From Mobula hypostoma (lineage: Eukaryota), in the NCBI RefSeq assembly GCF_963921235.1, contig NC_086100.1, forward strand, positions 30,566,001 to 30,630,000: DNA of 64,000 bases, written 5' to 3'. This document shows, piece after piece, positions 12,933-25,512 of the stretch. Numbering within the stretch: position 1 is the stretch's first letter; each line of letters begins with the position of its first letter. Under the pieces are notes generated by a model, which was given only the letters and a program-made list of their open reading frames with translations, was not told the origin of the DNA and did no database searches. The translations under genes were made by a program, and so were the position numbers.

Positions 12933-13672
12933 AATTAGAATTAGAATTTTATTTCTTACATCCATTTCACAACATGAGGGAGTAAAAATCTATATGTTGC
13001 GTCTCCATCGCAATGTATAAGCAGTAAGGAAGGGAAATGTGGGACGATACTGCCCGAACAGTAAGATTGAATACATAATTGTTTTGTATACATGTATGTA
13101 CAGTCAGATATGCAATCAGATCAATGTGTATTGATCAATCTGATGGCCTGGTGAAAGAAGCTGTCCAGAGCCTATTGGTCCTGGCCTTAATGCTGTGGTA
13201 TCATTTGGCAGATGGAAACGGCTGAAACAGTTTTTGGTTGGGATGATTGGAGTCCCTGTTGACCCTCTGGGCCCTTTTTACACACCTGCTGCTGTAAATG
13301 TCCTGACAGAGGGCAGCTCACATCCACAGATGTGCTGGGCTGTCCACACCACTCTCTGCAGTGCCCTGTGATTGAAGGTAGTACAGTTCCCGTACCAGGC
13401 GATGACACAGCCAGCCAGGATGCTTTTGATGGTGCCCCTGTAGAAAGTCCTGAAGATTTGGAGACTCATGCCAAACTTCTTCAGCCGTCTGAGGTGAAAG
13501 AGGCGCTGTTGTGTTTCTTTCACCACACAGTCCAGGTGAGATTCTCAGTGATGTGTATACCGAGGAACTTGAAACTACTCACCTTCTCAACTACAGCCTA
13601 TTAATGTCAATCGGGACTATCCTGTCTCCATTCCTCCTGTAATCCACAATCAACTCCTTCGTTTTTGATGAT
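12933..13672 (-). mobile_element. Rex1/Babar-type LINE 3' fragment
   Basis: KETQQRLFHLRRLKKFGMS...FYRGTIKSILAGCVIAWYGNC...LQRVVWTAQHI; (TTCTAA)n-type tail at ~12935. Confidence 0.85.
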
Positions 13673-13689
13673 ATTCCAGTGATATCTCC

Positions 13690-14135
13690 TTATATTCTGT
13701 CCAGGTACCCTCCAATCTGATGGCATGGATAGCGATTTCTTCTTTCGGTGAACAAATTTCCCTTCCTCTTTTCCTCTGTTCCTCACTCTGACCTTTCTCT
13801 TCTTCTCACCTGCCTATAACTTCCCTCCGAGTCCCCTCCTCCTTCCCTTTCTCCTATGGCTCCCTCTCCACTCCTATCAGATTCTTCCTTCTCCATTCCT
13901 TGACCTTTCCCACCCAGCTGGCTTCACCTTTCACCTTCTAGCTAGCCTCCTTCCCCTCCCCCACCTTTTTATTCTGCCACCTTCCCCCTTCCATTTCAGT
14001 CCTGAAGAAGGGTGTCGACCTGAAATGTCGATAATTTACCCTTTTCCGTAGATGCTGTCTGACCTGCTGAGTTCTCCCAGCATTTTGTTTGTGTTGCTTT
14101 GGATTTCCAGCATATGTGGACTTTCTCATGTTTGT
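13690..14135 (+). mobile_element. Penelope-like element 3' end/pLTR (older subfamily)
   Basis: ORF end ctccaatctgatggcatgg; CT-rich tract; cagtc-ctgaaga-agggtgtcgacct-gaaa-tgtc at 13997-14029; terminal gtgttgctttggatttccagca. Confidence 0.8.
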
Positions 14136-16149
14136 GATTTTTCTCTTTTCTGTGCCCCGGTAGGCACTAGCATTGCAGTCATCTGTCGTTCTATATGTGT
14201 TCAGTCTATAATAACTGTCAGAACAGACACATGCTTTAATATCTCATCAAAGGAACATCCTCTTTTACTTTGCTACACTGTCAGTCCTGTAATGAAATGT
14301 CAGCATAGATTAGGAGCTCAGAACCAGAAAGAAGGTTTAAACCTGTGACTAGCTCTTGAGCTAAGTTGACACCTTATTAGCCATGTCTGTGTACACTCAG
14401 GATTCTTAAGGAGCATGGCTGAATGAGGATTTCTAGACTATTTAGGAGTGAACACAGTGAGCAGCTCTACAGGTGGACACCAATAGAAATTTGGGATTCA
14501 CCTCTACAAACCTCAGTTGAAATCAGGTCAGTCTGAAGTCGGCAGATATTGGTTAATCCAAAGTATTAATGATATGGAGAATAATGTAGTCAGGAAAACC
14601 GTCGTCTTATTAATAATAGAATATGTTTGACAGGCTAAGTAGCATTCCCTGCTCCCATGTATTCCAAATACTAATTGTTGCTTTCAAGAGCAAAGAGGCT
14701 TTTATCTGAGAATGAGAGTGTACCCCTGTCACCCAAGAAGCAGACAAATTGAAATGTAAACATATCGGTTAATTAAAATGGTGTAGTATTACCACTTTAA
14801 AGTACGATGAATCAGAGAATTGTTTGAGCTTTATAATTAGCCATGTACACCACATTGTGCATCATTTGCAATGAAAGGGAAGCTCGACAGGTTCTCTCAT
14901 GGTTATCCACAGCCTGAAACACCGGGCAGTGTTTCCACGGAGCAACATCTGATCCAGCTTGGAACTCTCAGCAGCAAGAAGAAATAAATCCAACTAGTAC
15001 CTCAGCCTTGTAACCTAACGGCCATAATAAATAATGAGAACCTATTTGAAGGAGGAAGATGGGGAATTAGAAGCTATTTACACTACTGGAGTGATGCTAT
15101 CGATCAGGAGCAGCAACCTGCAGATAGGCCTTCATCTATGATGTCATTGTTATTTATGATTAGATACTGACAGTATTGCAGCCAAAGTCTTCTCTCTCAG
15201 ACAGCTTGATTCATTTATGATTATGATGTATTCAGCAGTTAAAGAAATAATCAGCAGTGGTAGGGAGTAGAAGGTGAGCATGGACGGAGGAGATTTCATA
15301 ATAGATGTGGCTTCATAACACATTCATAGAGCATTGGGTGGACACCACCTAAAGGCAATTAGTTGTTAAAAAAATCTGCAGTGCCCACTGCTCAGATATC
15401 TGAGTGATAGGTTTGCCAAATGATGCCGGCTAATCAACATTCTTACAGTCTTTAACTTATTCCAGGAGCTCCTTTTCTTCCTGAATCAGATAATAAAATT
15501 TTGTATCATTAGCTCTTTAGCTAAAGTGCTCTTCCAAAAACAACTACATTTATTTCTTTTTATAGAAACCGGTAATGTTTGAAGCAGGGAGGACTGGATA
15601 ACATTTGGTCAAGACTTGTCTAATTAGTATATAAGAAATGCAATTTTGGCAGCCACTGTTATACTAAAGAGCACAAAACACCTCAGCCAATATCTGTACT
15701 TCTACGTGTCATTCCAGTGAGCAGTTAACACCATGGCTCAGACTACATGGACAAAAAACAGTCTGCAAAAAACTGCAGCGTGCCCAAAATATCTGAAAGA
15801 CTTGAATTTGTATAACACCTTCTTCAATCATTGGGCAGTTCAGAACAACTTAGAACCAATGAAGTACTCTGAAAATGGAGTCTGCTATATTCTAACTTCG
15901 ATCAGGTTTACCCCGTTTGCAACCTATCTCCCAGAACAGCGATGAGAATTTTGTTGATGGTGTTGGTGATGAGTTAGCCATTCTGCAAAAGTGGCCCTCT
16001 GTGCTGTAAATCTAATTAGGTTTATCCTATTAATCATGACCAAGTAATAATTCCAAATGCAGGTGAGAATAGAAATATCACTCACAAGATTCACACATCA
16101 AAGTTGGTGGTGAACGCAGCAGGCCAGGCAGTATCACTAGGAAGAGGTA

Positions 16150-16186
16150 CAGTCGATGTTTCAGGCCGAGACCCTTCGTCAGGACT
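16150..16186 (-). ncRNA. Minimal type I hammerhead ribozyme motif (AUC triplet variant)
   Basis: Reverse complement: AGUC-CUGACGA-AGGGUCUCGGCCU-GAAA-CAUC-GACUG. Confidence 0.7.
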
Positions 16187-16384
16187 AACTGAAGGAAGAG
16201 CTAGTAAGAGATTTGAAAGTGGGAGGGGGAGGGGGAGATCCAAAATGATAGGAGAAGACAGGAGGGGGAGGGATAGAGCCGAGAGCTGGACAGGTGATTG
16301 GCAAAGGGGATATGAGAGGATCATGGGACAGGAGGTCCGGGGAGAAAGACAAGCAGGGGTGGGGGGAACCAGAGGGAAAAAAAA

Positions 16385-17066
16385 TGCATCTCCCCCATTT
16401 CACGTACATCTGCTCTCACTCCATCCTCCCACCACCCCACCAGGAATAGGGTTCCCCTGGTCCTCACCTACCACCCCACCAGTCTCCGGGTCCAACATAT
16501 TATTCTCCGTAACTTCCGCCACCTCCAACGGGATCCCACCACTAAGCACATCTTTCCCTCCCCCCCCCCCCGCTTTCCGCAGGGATCGCTCCTTACGCGA
16601 CTCTCTAGTCCATTCGTCCCCCCCAACCCTCCCCACTGATCTCCCTCCTGGCACTTATCCTTGTAAGCGGAACAAGTGCTACACATGCCCTTACACTTCC
16701 TCCCTTACCACCACTCAGGGCCCCAAACAGTCCTTACAGGTGAGGCGACACTTCACCTGCAAGTCGGCTGGGGTGATATACTGCGTCCGGTGCTCCCGAT
16801 GTGGCCTTCTATATATTGGCGAGACCTGACGCAGACTGGGAGACCGTTTCGTTGAACACCTACGCTCTGTCCGCCAGAGAAAGCAGGATCTCCCAGTGGC
16901 CACACATTTTAATTCCACATCCCATTCCCATTCTGACATGTCTATCCACGGCCTCCTCTACTGTAAAGATGAAGCCACGCTCAGGTTGGAGGAACAACAC
17001 CTTATATTCCGTCTGGGTAGCCTCCAACCTGATGGCATGAACATTGACCTCTCTGACTTCTGCTAA
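16385..17066 (+). pseudogene. PLE ORF C-terminus: Cys-rich linker + GIY-YIG endonuclease (disrupted)
   Basis: PLVLTYHP...AFRRDRSLRDSLVHS...PCKRNKCYTC...FTCKSAGVIYCVRCSRCGLLYIGET*RRLGDRFVEH...VATHFN...RLEEQHLIFRLGSLQPDGMN. VIY at 16773-16781, YIG at 16812-16820; frameshift in poly-C at ~16560; TGA at 16827 is CGA in the 25-kb copy; TAA at 17064-17066. Confidence 0.9.
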
Positions 17067-17369
17067 TGCCTCACCTCCCCCTCGTACCCCATCCGTTATT
17101 TATTTTTATACACACATTCTTTCTCTCACTCTCCTTTTTCTCCCTCTGTCCCTCTGACTATACCCCTTGCCCATCCTCTGGTTTTTCTTCCCCCCCCCCC
17201 AACTTGTCTTTCTCCCCGGACCTCCTGTCCCATGATCCTCTCATATCCCCTTTGCCAATCACCTGTCCAGCTCTTGGCTCCATCCCTCCCCCTCCTGTCT
17301 TCTCCTACCATTTTGGATCTCCCCCTCCCCCTCCCACTTTCAAATCTCTTACTAACTCTTCCTTCAGTT

Positions 17370-17406
17370 AGTCCTGACGAAGGGTCTCGGCCTGAAACGT
17401 CGACTG
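17370..17406 (+). ncRNA. Minimal type I hammerhead ribozyme (intact core; predicted cut after 17401)
   Basis: AGUC-CUGACGA-A-GGGU(CUCG)GCCU-GAAA-CGUC^GACUG: stem I AGUC/GACU, cores CUGANGA and GAAA, palindromic ACGU in place of stem III, GUC triplet. Confidence 0.82.
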
Positions 17407-18539
17407 TACCTCTTCCTAGAGATGCTGCGTTCACCAGCGACTTTGATGTGTGTTGCTTGAATTTCCAACATCTGCAGAATTCCTGTTGTTCACTCACAAG
17501 ATTGCCTGTCTCCTTTTATGGTATACGATGTCAGCCCAAACCTGAGATCAGCTCTTTTGGTAGGACTTGAACCCTCAGACCTTTTAACTTAGACATGTGT
17601 GTTTCCACTGAGAAATTCCTGGGCATACTGCTAAAGCTATCATGCTTTATTGAGAAAAATAATTCATTGGCTTTTTTGCACACAGATTTGTTTCACACCT
17701 TGACACTCAGAGCACCGTTTCATTCATAAAATACTGTAATGTGCTCAGCCTGATGTCCTTCCATAACCTACCTGCTGTCGATATTATACATTTCAGTAGC
17801 ACTATTTCTCAAGAACAAGGTTGTATAGAAAATTTATTGCAACTGGATTGATATATTACTCCATAATAAGTTGGTAAGAGTTATACCTAAACTTCAAATC
17901 AGAAGATACAGAACCATAGTAATTAACCCTCTCTGAGGCTGCCAGTATAAACTGATGCCTTTGTCTCCAAAACACATATTCTGAAAGGGCTGAGGCAAAA
18001 TATATCAGCATTAACAACTGCATGTGTGGAGAATATTATAACGATAAATGGGCTAAGTAGATTTATTTTGATGGCATCAAAAGTTTGAGAACCACGTTTT
18101 TCAATATGTTTGCTTTTAATGTCGCAGTCTTATTACAGAAACACTAACTGCTAAGTCAGTGGCAGGAGCAGAATAGCCACAGCACATGAAACCAGCAACT
18201 ACTTGTCCTGGCTGCTGGCTGTTCTGGAATTCAGTTTTACTTTCACCACCCTTTCTGTGAGGAACAACATTTTTTGAAAATGTTGTGCGTGGCATGTGCA
18301 TTAAAAATGAAGGAAGCAATGAAACAAGGAAATAAAGATCAACTTGAACTCCAATTTAAATTAAAAAGGAATTACCCAAAATAAGGATTTTTGGAAGGTC
18401 CATAATAAGCTCACAACATTAGAATAATTTATCTTCAACAAGGGAGATATGTTCCCTGCGTGTTAGTGCTGATACCCAAATAATAATGTCTTTTACTTTA
18501 AAGGATTAATGGTCTGAGTGTCTCATTTATAGTTACAGT

Positions 18540-18742
18540 TTAGAGTTATATGGTACTACAGCACTGAAACAGGCCCTTCAGCCCATCTAGTCCATGCCAA
18601 ACTTTTATTCTACTTAGTCCTATCAACCTGCACCTGGATCATAGTCCTCTGTACCCATCCCATCCATATGCTTATCCAAACTTCTCTTAAATTGAAATTG
18701 AACCAGCATCTATCAATTCTGCAAGCAGCTTGTTCCATGCTC
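18540..18742 (-). mobile_element. CR1 3' end fragment
   Basis: tacagcactgaaacaggcccttcagcccatc (CR1 terminus reverse complement); a similar fragment lies at 23245-23525. Confidence 0.65.
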
Positions 18743-19489
18743 TTTAAGAATTGCCAGTCCTTACTGAAAGCTAATTCTAAGCAACCAGAGCATAATTCTG
18801 TTGGGTTAGGTTAATGTTAGTCTAAATGAAAGAAAAAATTTTTCACTGAATGAGGATTTTGAAATTAACGACATCGTTGGAGAGGAGAAATTATTGTTTT
18901 GAGAGATGTGTCACTTTTGGAATGGCTGCAGGTTTTGGTTTTGAGGTTCAAAGTATTTTCTTTCAACCCAAAAGATGTGACTTCAGACAGGGGACTATCA
19001 CAAGTTGTGAGATGCATTTCAGAAAAAAATCTACCATTGAAAAGTAATATTTGACACAAATAATTGACATTTTATAAATAGCAGTACCTACAAAATTTAT
19101 GAATGACAGTTTGAACAGCAGAAATACTTATATATAATATTTCATACCTGCTAATATTAGCATTGTCTTGTAGCTCCTGTTGAAAACCTACTAATATTGT
19201 TACTCAGTCATCAACTATCATGCTCCCAGGGTGGGTGCTTGCAGGTGCATCACTCTCTAACTTACTTTGACTGGGGAAAGTGAAGATACATCATTTGGTG
19301 GCATCCAGTCCCTGAAGCTACTTACTGACTGCACCTCAAGCACCTTAATCGACTCTCTGAAACATCACTGTCACCCTATTTCCCATTCTCTGATGGTCAC
19401 TGATCCCTGAGCACTAATTCATGGCCTGCATATGCTGACCCCCGCATGCCTTTCTCCTTCATGTTTTAGCAGCTGTCCTCCATCATAAT

Positions 19490-20045
19490 CTCCCCCTCTC
19501 TCAATATCTCAGTATCTCTATCTCTCTCCCTCTCTTGCTATTTCTCTCTCCCCCTCTTGCTAGCTGTCTGTATCTTTCTCTCTCTATCTCGCTATCTTTC
19601 TCTCCCCTCTCAAAATTTCTTTCTCCCTCCTTCACTAGCTCTCTGTCTCTTTCACTCTTTATCTCACTACCTCTCTCTCCCACTTTTTAGCTATCACTCC
19701 CTCTTATGAGAGCTCTCTCTCTCTATCTATCTTGCTGTCCTCTCTCCCTCTCTTGCTATCTCTCTTTCTTGCTATCTTTCTCTCTCACTATCCCTCTCCT
19801 TGCATCCCTCTCTCATGTTATCTCTCTCACTATCTCTCTCTCTTGCTATCCCTCTCTCTCTCTATATTTCTCTCTTTCACCACCCTGCTATCTCTCTACA
19901 TCTCTTTCTTTCACTCTTTCTCTCTCTCTTACACACTATATCTCTCTCGTTCACTCCCTTGCTACCCCTCTCTCACTCTCTTGCTCTGTCTCTCTCTCTC
20001 TCTCTCTCTCACTCTCTTGCTATCTCCCTCTTTCTTTGTCCCTCC
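19490..20045. repeat. Cryptic polypyrimidine repeat built of ttgctatctctct-like units
   Basis: Directly visible ~550-bp C/T-dominated tract. Confidence 0.9.
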
Positions 20046-20519
20046 TTTTTATTTGGCGAGCTGGGCCAGTGGTATGCAAGACAGTGAATACCACAGAACT
20101 TGACCTTGACACGGATGACTCAGTCACAACCATTGTACTTGAGGCTTCATTTCTGGGTTCTGCAGTTTCTGTAATATCGCTGTTCACTTGGACCGTTTAC
20201 TGCTGGAGATTCTGCTTTTATATTAGTCTAGAGTTAGGTGGTACCCATGTGACCCCCACCTCAATCGCTCTACAACTTAATGGAATTAATGAATACACTG
20301 CAATACATGAAAGATATTCAGTCAGTTTCCTGAATCAAATATCTACAGTTACTTTAATAGTTAATCCAACAACTATTTTCCTTGAGCAACTTTGGTGATG
20401 ACTATATTCGTACAAATATTTATCATTGATTTCTCAACATAACACATGTGATTCCCATTTCTCTATTGGAAACAATAAGAGGACACACACCTGTCCATGA
20501 AACAATGTATTTCCTGTAG

Positions 20520-20620
20520 CACTGGACTTCCTGCATGGCTCCAGGACAATCCCCAACTGCATCATCACAGCTAAAGGAATGCTCTCTTCTGACAGAACAT
20601 CTTCCAATAAAGTTCAGCAG
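20520..20620 (+). other. Candidate 101-nt exon
   Basis: gtatttcctgtAG|...CAG|GTTGGT; two open frames (LDFLHGSRTIPNCIITAKGMLSSDRTSSNKVQQ or HWTSCMAPG...); no recognised homology. Confidence 0.22.
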
Positions 20621-22089
20621 GTTGGTAAACAAGAGGAAAGAGCCATTACATGATTAGGCAATGCTGATGTTGATACATTCCAGATTGTCAGATTGTGCTT
20701 GTTGTCACCAGTTTACTATTTTAGGCCAAGATTCCATGGCGATGAAAGAGATCATTTATTTTAAGTACCACAGAATTTTTGTTCTGTAAGAGATGGACTG
20801 CTCCAAATGAAGCTTTCCATGACAACCAATACTGAAGACGAGCTTTTAGAGAGGACCACTCATTGCTGACTGCTACTTAAACTAAACCTACATAATAACA
20901 CAAAGGCACTTTGTTTTAATACAGAATGCAGAGTGCTACTGGGAAAGAGCAAACAGTCAAAAGATAAAATGGAAAATGGCAGGAATGTTCTGATGATCAG
21001 GTAGCTTCTTTGGAGGGGGATTCTGGTGAAGAAGTTTGTCTTTTGTCAAAGGCACTAAACAAATGTGAGAAAATTGTTCACTTCTACATACTCACCATGT
21101 ACAGTATGTCTCCAGTGAGGTCAGTGGTAAGAGGTGATTATGACAATCTCCCAACCTCCAAAGACAATCTTGGCCCCATTGAGTTATTGGTTCCTGTCAA
21201 TAACTTTGCACATACTACTGGAAGAAACTAGAATTTGACATTTTCACACAAAGGGAGAATGGATTTTAGAAGGCTGTAGAAGATCCATGATCTTGGGTTG
21301 GTGAGTAAACCACAAAGTGAAGGATGCCATGACAAAGGGGGAGGCAAAAAACAAGCAATGGCAGGAAGATGACTCCAACTGAAATGTAAATAGTTGCTAC
21401 AGATGAACTTCTATCAATCATTCACACTTGAGATTTGTACTGTCCGCGTACTTGGGATTTCATGTAGATCAGACTATGTCCACTGGACTCACTACAGAAC
21501 AAAGTGGCTACTGCCCAGTCAAGAGGCACTTCAATTTTACCAGAAAATTCAAGGTTTTCTCACATTTTACTTTGGCACTTTCACACCTTGCAACTGTTCC
21601 AATCTCAAAATAGAAAAATTAAATCTTACTCTATCAGCGAAACTTTTAATATAAATCTGCTTCTTCTGTCAGGATCCTTTATTGTGTTAATTGAGAGGAA
21701 AGTCATTTAAGCTGATATAGAGATATATTTTCCAATTGTGTGAGAAGGAAATACTTCACAGGAAGATTAAATGCAGACTAAAGTTCTCCCTGGACTGTCT
21801 CCATTATGTGACTTATTTATGACTTTCTGAAGATAACTTCCCACTGGACCACAGAGGAAATTCCACTATAAATAAAATCAAGAAGTGTGGCGATATTCAA
21901 ATGATAAGGTAGCATCTGTGGAGAGAGAAGCAGAATTAATATTTCATTTGTCTGACTGTTCATCAGAATTTCCTTTGCTGATATTGATCATTTTTGTGAC
22001 ATGTGCTGGGAATGTTATATACTGCAACGTTGTACTGTATTTAATTTCACATGCGAAGGAACTTGATTCAGGGAGACCCATGCTATGAT

Positions 22090-22178
22090 CATGTTTGAGA
22101 TGCTGGAATCTGGAGCAACACACATAAAGCTGGAGGAAGTCAGCAGGTCAGGCATCGATGGAGGGGAATGGACAGTTA
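22090..22178 (-). mobile_element. Short PLE terminal fragment (tail end)
   Basis: agatgctggaatctggagcaacacacataaagctggaggaagtcagcaggtcaggca is the reverse complement of the PLE 3' terminus. Confidence 0.65.
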
Positions 22179-24770
22179 AAGTAAGCTTATATGCAATGGT
22201 TTTAGCCAACATGAGACTCCAGTTCTTCCTAAGATCTGAAATCAATTTTTAAAAAACTATTATTTTGAACATTGCAGAATAAACTCTGTCACTATCACCA
22301 AGCATCACTGACTTGGGCTAATAGCCCAGAGACTTGAACTTGTAATCTGAAGACTTGAACTAAATCCCACAATGTCAGCTAAGGAATGTAATTTCAGCTA
22401 CTTAAATAAACCTGGGATTAAACACACATCTGTAATGATAACTATTAAATTACCGCATTGCAGTAAAAGAGTTGATCCATTAGTGTCCTTTGCAGAGAGA
22501 AATCTGCCATCTAAATGTGACCCCAGATCCATGGGTGGGTGTACCCTAGTTACCATTTGAAATTGCTGAACAATCAGCTAAGTTATTTCAAACTGCTCTG
22601 AAGTTCAAAAAGGTGGCTCACTATCACCTCGTCAAGGTGTTTAAGCACAAGCATTTATTTCTGCCCTTACTAAAAATGTCTACATCCTACAGGTGATAAC
22701 AACGATTGTTTGCTATGGAATTGGATTTGTGGTATACTGGTACCTTGTGACCCTCAATACTGCTAATGTTTTCCTGTATCAACATTGGCAAAGTAACCAG
22801 ATACTACAGATACCCAACTCCCAATGAGATGTTCGTGCAGGATTTATTTTCTTTTAATAAAGGTTGTTGGAGAAATCAAAAAATTATATAAATGTTTTGT
22901 AAAATTATACTACATTATCAAGGCTTAAGATGTTAGATGAACAAACACTATTTGTCACCATGATTATAATCCAAAACAAAGCTAGAACAGATCGTATCAT
23001 TACTCAATGGAGAGGTATTCTTTATACTGAGTATTCAACCTTTAATTGCTGTCTTGCGCAACTTCAAACCACACACTTAGGACACCCAAAGTGATAATTA
23101 ATCATTATGTTTAGAAAATTTTCTTTTCCTATTTTCTGGATGGTGACACAGCAGTGTTGAGTGTGTTTGCAGTGTTGTTCTACAAAACAACATCTGCTGC
23201 TCTATTGTAACTACTCAATGAAAAAGAAATCCCAGATCTGAAACATAGTCATAGAACACTCCACACAGAAACAGGCCCTTTCAGTCCACACCGAACTGTT
23301 ATTCTGCTTAGTCCCATCAACCAGCACATGGACCATTGCACTCCATTCTCCTCCCACCCATGTATTGCACTCAAACCCACATCCACCACTTCTGCTTGCT
23401 CCAGACTCGCAACACCCTCTGAATGAAGAAGTCCCCTTAAATATTTCACCTTTCACCCTTAACCTGTGGCCTCTATTGCTGGGGACTCAGTGGGAAAGGC
23501 CTGCTTGCATTATCCTATCTATACCTTCATTATTGCCCTATATCTCTCAAATAGGACCACTGGTTTGCAGAGTCGCTTAGGTAGCAGGCCAAATGGAACT
23601 TAAGAGTAGATCAAAGCAATCTTCTTGTTGCCCCATCTTCCTCCATTCCCTCTCCTACTCGGAGCGCATATTCTAGAATCACTCGGGTCCAATGAAACCT
23701 CTTTTCAGTTGGAAACAGCAACAATAAATCTGTATTCTACCCATCTATCACTGCTGATTTATTATTTTGTAGTGGATTATGAAGACAGGCTGAATGAATG
23801 TTTCTGCTCCTATTAACTTAATGTTGACATGGATCATGAATGGAGTCTTAGCTGGTGGCCTATAGTTTCACTGAGATGATTGCTTGAACCTGAAGATGCT
23901 CAGGTGGTGTGCATGCCTGCAGCTTGGGGCAACTGCTCACACAGTGGGTGCTGTACATTGAATATGTGATCCCCAAACGGCTGCAGCAACAAGACTCTGT
24001 CAGTAGCAAGAATGATTCCCACAGATGGTGGCAGAAGTTGATTAATTATCTGTGTGAACCCCAAGTTGGTGTGTGCCACTGTTTAAGGATAAAGACCAAT
24101 TACAAGCAAGCCCTTTTTTAAAATCAAATAGTTTTCCAAGGAGGATATGAAATGAATAAAAATGGAATTTTTGTTGGAATATTTCTTTTTCCTGAAAACA
24201 CCTTTGAATTCTTAATGGCTGAAGCACAGATGTCTGTTTATTGCGTTATTTTAACAAAGTGAATCTAACTGCAGATTAGTCTGCAAGCATCTGTTTTTAT
24301 TGCTATTGTCTTTGTCTTTTGATGTTCTGGGACTTTCTCTTTGTCCTGTGTTTGCATGTTCCAATCAATAAAATTTGCCTCAGCATGGACAGAGAGATGG
24401 TGGTATTGTCTTGCCGTTATATATTTTTTTCAATCATGCAATGTGAAATAGAAACATTGAGACTAATTCCAATCCTACAAGCTTCCCAAGGGCAGAAAAA
24501 ACAGATTAATTCAACCCCAAAAAATACAAGCTGAGAAATGATGCTGTCAATATTGTCCTGCCAAAACAAAGACAGGGTGCTTATATAAACCCTTTATCAT
24601 TGTTAGATGTCCCATCCCAATTCACAGAAACATCATCAAACAAAATTTGACACCAATCCATACAAGGTGATATTTGTGGTTAGTGAAAGGTGTAGTTTTA
24701 AAGGAGCATCATACAGGGGGCAAAAGAATGCAGCTGAATGCAGTGAAAGTCCTGTTATGCATTAGTGGTG

Positions 24771-25512
24771 CAACACACATCAAAGTTGCTGGTGAACGCA
24801 GCAGGTCAGGCAGCATCTCTAGGAAGAGGTACAGTCAACGTTTCAGGCCGAGACCCTTCGTCAGGACTAACTGAAAGAAGAGCTAGTAAGAGATTTGAAA
24901 GTGGGAGGGGGAGGGGGATATCCAAAATGATAGGAGAAGACAGGAGGGGGAGGGATGGAGCCAAGAGCTGGACAGGTGATTGGCAAAGGGGATATGAGAG
25001 GATCATGGGACAGGAGGCCCGGGGAGAAAGACAAGGGGGAGGGGAGCCAGAGATGGGCAAGGGGTATAGTCAGAGGGACAGAGGGAGAAAAAGGAGAGTG
25101 AGAGAAAGAATGCGTGTATAAAAATAAATAACGGATGGGGTACAAGGGGGAGATGGGGCATTAGCGGAAGTTAGAGAAGTCAATGTTCATGCCATCAGGT
25201 TGGAGGCTACCCAGATGGAATATAAGGTGTTGTTCCTCCAATCTGAGTGTGGCTTCATCTTTACAGTAGAGGAGGCCGTGGATAGACATGTCAGAATGGG
25301 AATGGGATGTGGAATTAAAATGTGTGGCCACTGGGAGATCCTGCTTTCTCTGGCGGACAGAGCGTAGGTGTTCAGCAAAGCGGTCTCCCAGTCTGCGTCG
25401 GGTCTCGCCAATATATAGAAGGCCACATCGGGAGCACCGAATGCAGTATTCCGTTCACCAGCAACTTTGATGTGTGTTGCTTGAATTTCCAGCATCTGCA
25501 GAATTCCTGTTG
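24771..25512. mobile_element. Young PLE insertion: long inverted segment (24771-25450, GIY-YIG C-terminus on minus) + short sense 3' end (25451-25512); 15-bp TSD
   Basis: TSD tatgcattagtggtg at 24756-24770 and 25513-25527; the minus strand encodes YCIRCSRCGLLYIGETRRRLGDRFAEH...; closely similar by eye to the 16-kb copy. Confidence 0.93.
24832..24868 (-). ncRNA. Minimal hammerhead ribozyme motif (GUU triplet)
   Basis: Reverse complement: AGUC-CUGACGA-AGGGUCUCGGCCU-GAAA-CGUU-GACUG. Confidence 0.72.

Larger units (their letters stand above)
16092..17489 (+). mobile_element. Young Penelope-like element, 5'-truncated, with inverted pLTR arm (16092-~16374) and 14-bp TSD
   Basis: TSD tcactcacaagatt at 16078-16091 and 17490-17503; GIY-YIG endonuclease; the left ~280 bp is the reverse complement of ~17175-17452. 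Confidence 0.93.

Noticed and set aside
11533-14135. The two older PLE pieces as arms of one large inverted element
   Set aside because: No TSD at the outer ends, the pieces are diverged from each other, and unrelated DNA lies between them.
14913-16010. Short open frames after AG (PETPGSVSTEQHL..., LPRLQPISQNSDENF...)
   Set aside because: Poor acceptors, no convincing donors, lengths expected by chance.
16104-16829. 241-aa ORF as an intact gene
   Set aside because: Chimera of an antisense pLTR, an off-frame segment and a GIY-YIG fragment ending at a CpG-decay stop.
17232-17570. Repeated 'PDEGSRPETST' / 'VDVSGRDPSSG' peptide family in many ORFs
   Set aside because: Translations of the non-coding pLTR/hammerhead on either strand.
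19706-20398. 230-aa ORF, among the longest in the track
   Set aside because: The first half is translated CT repeat and the rest has no recognisable domain.
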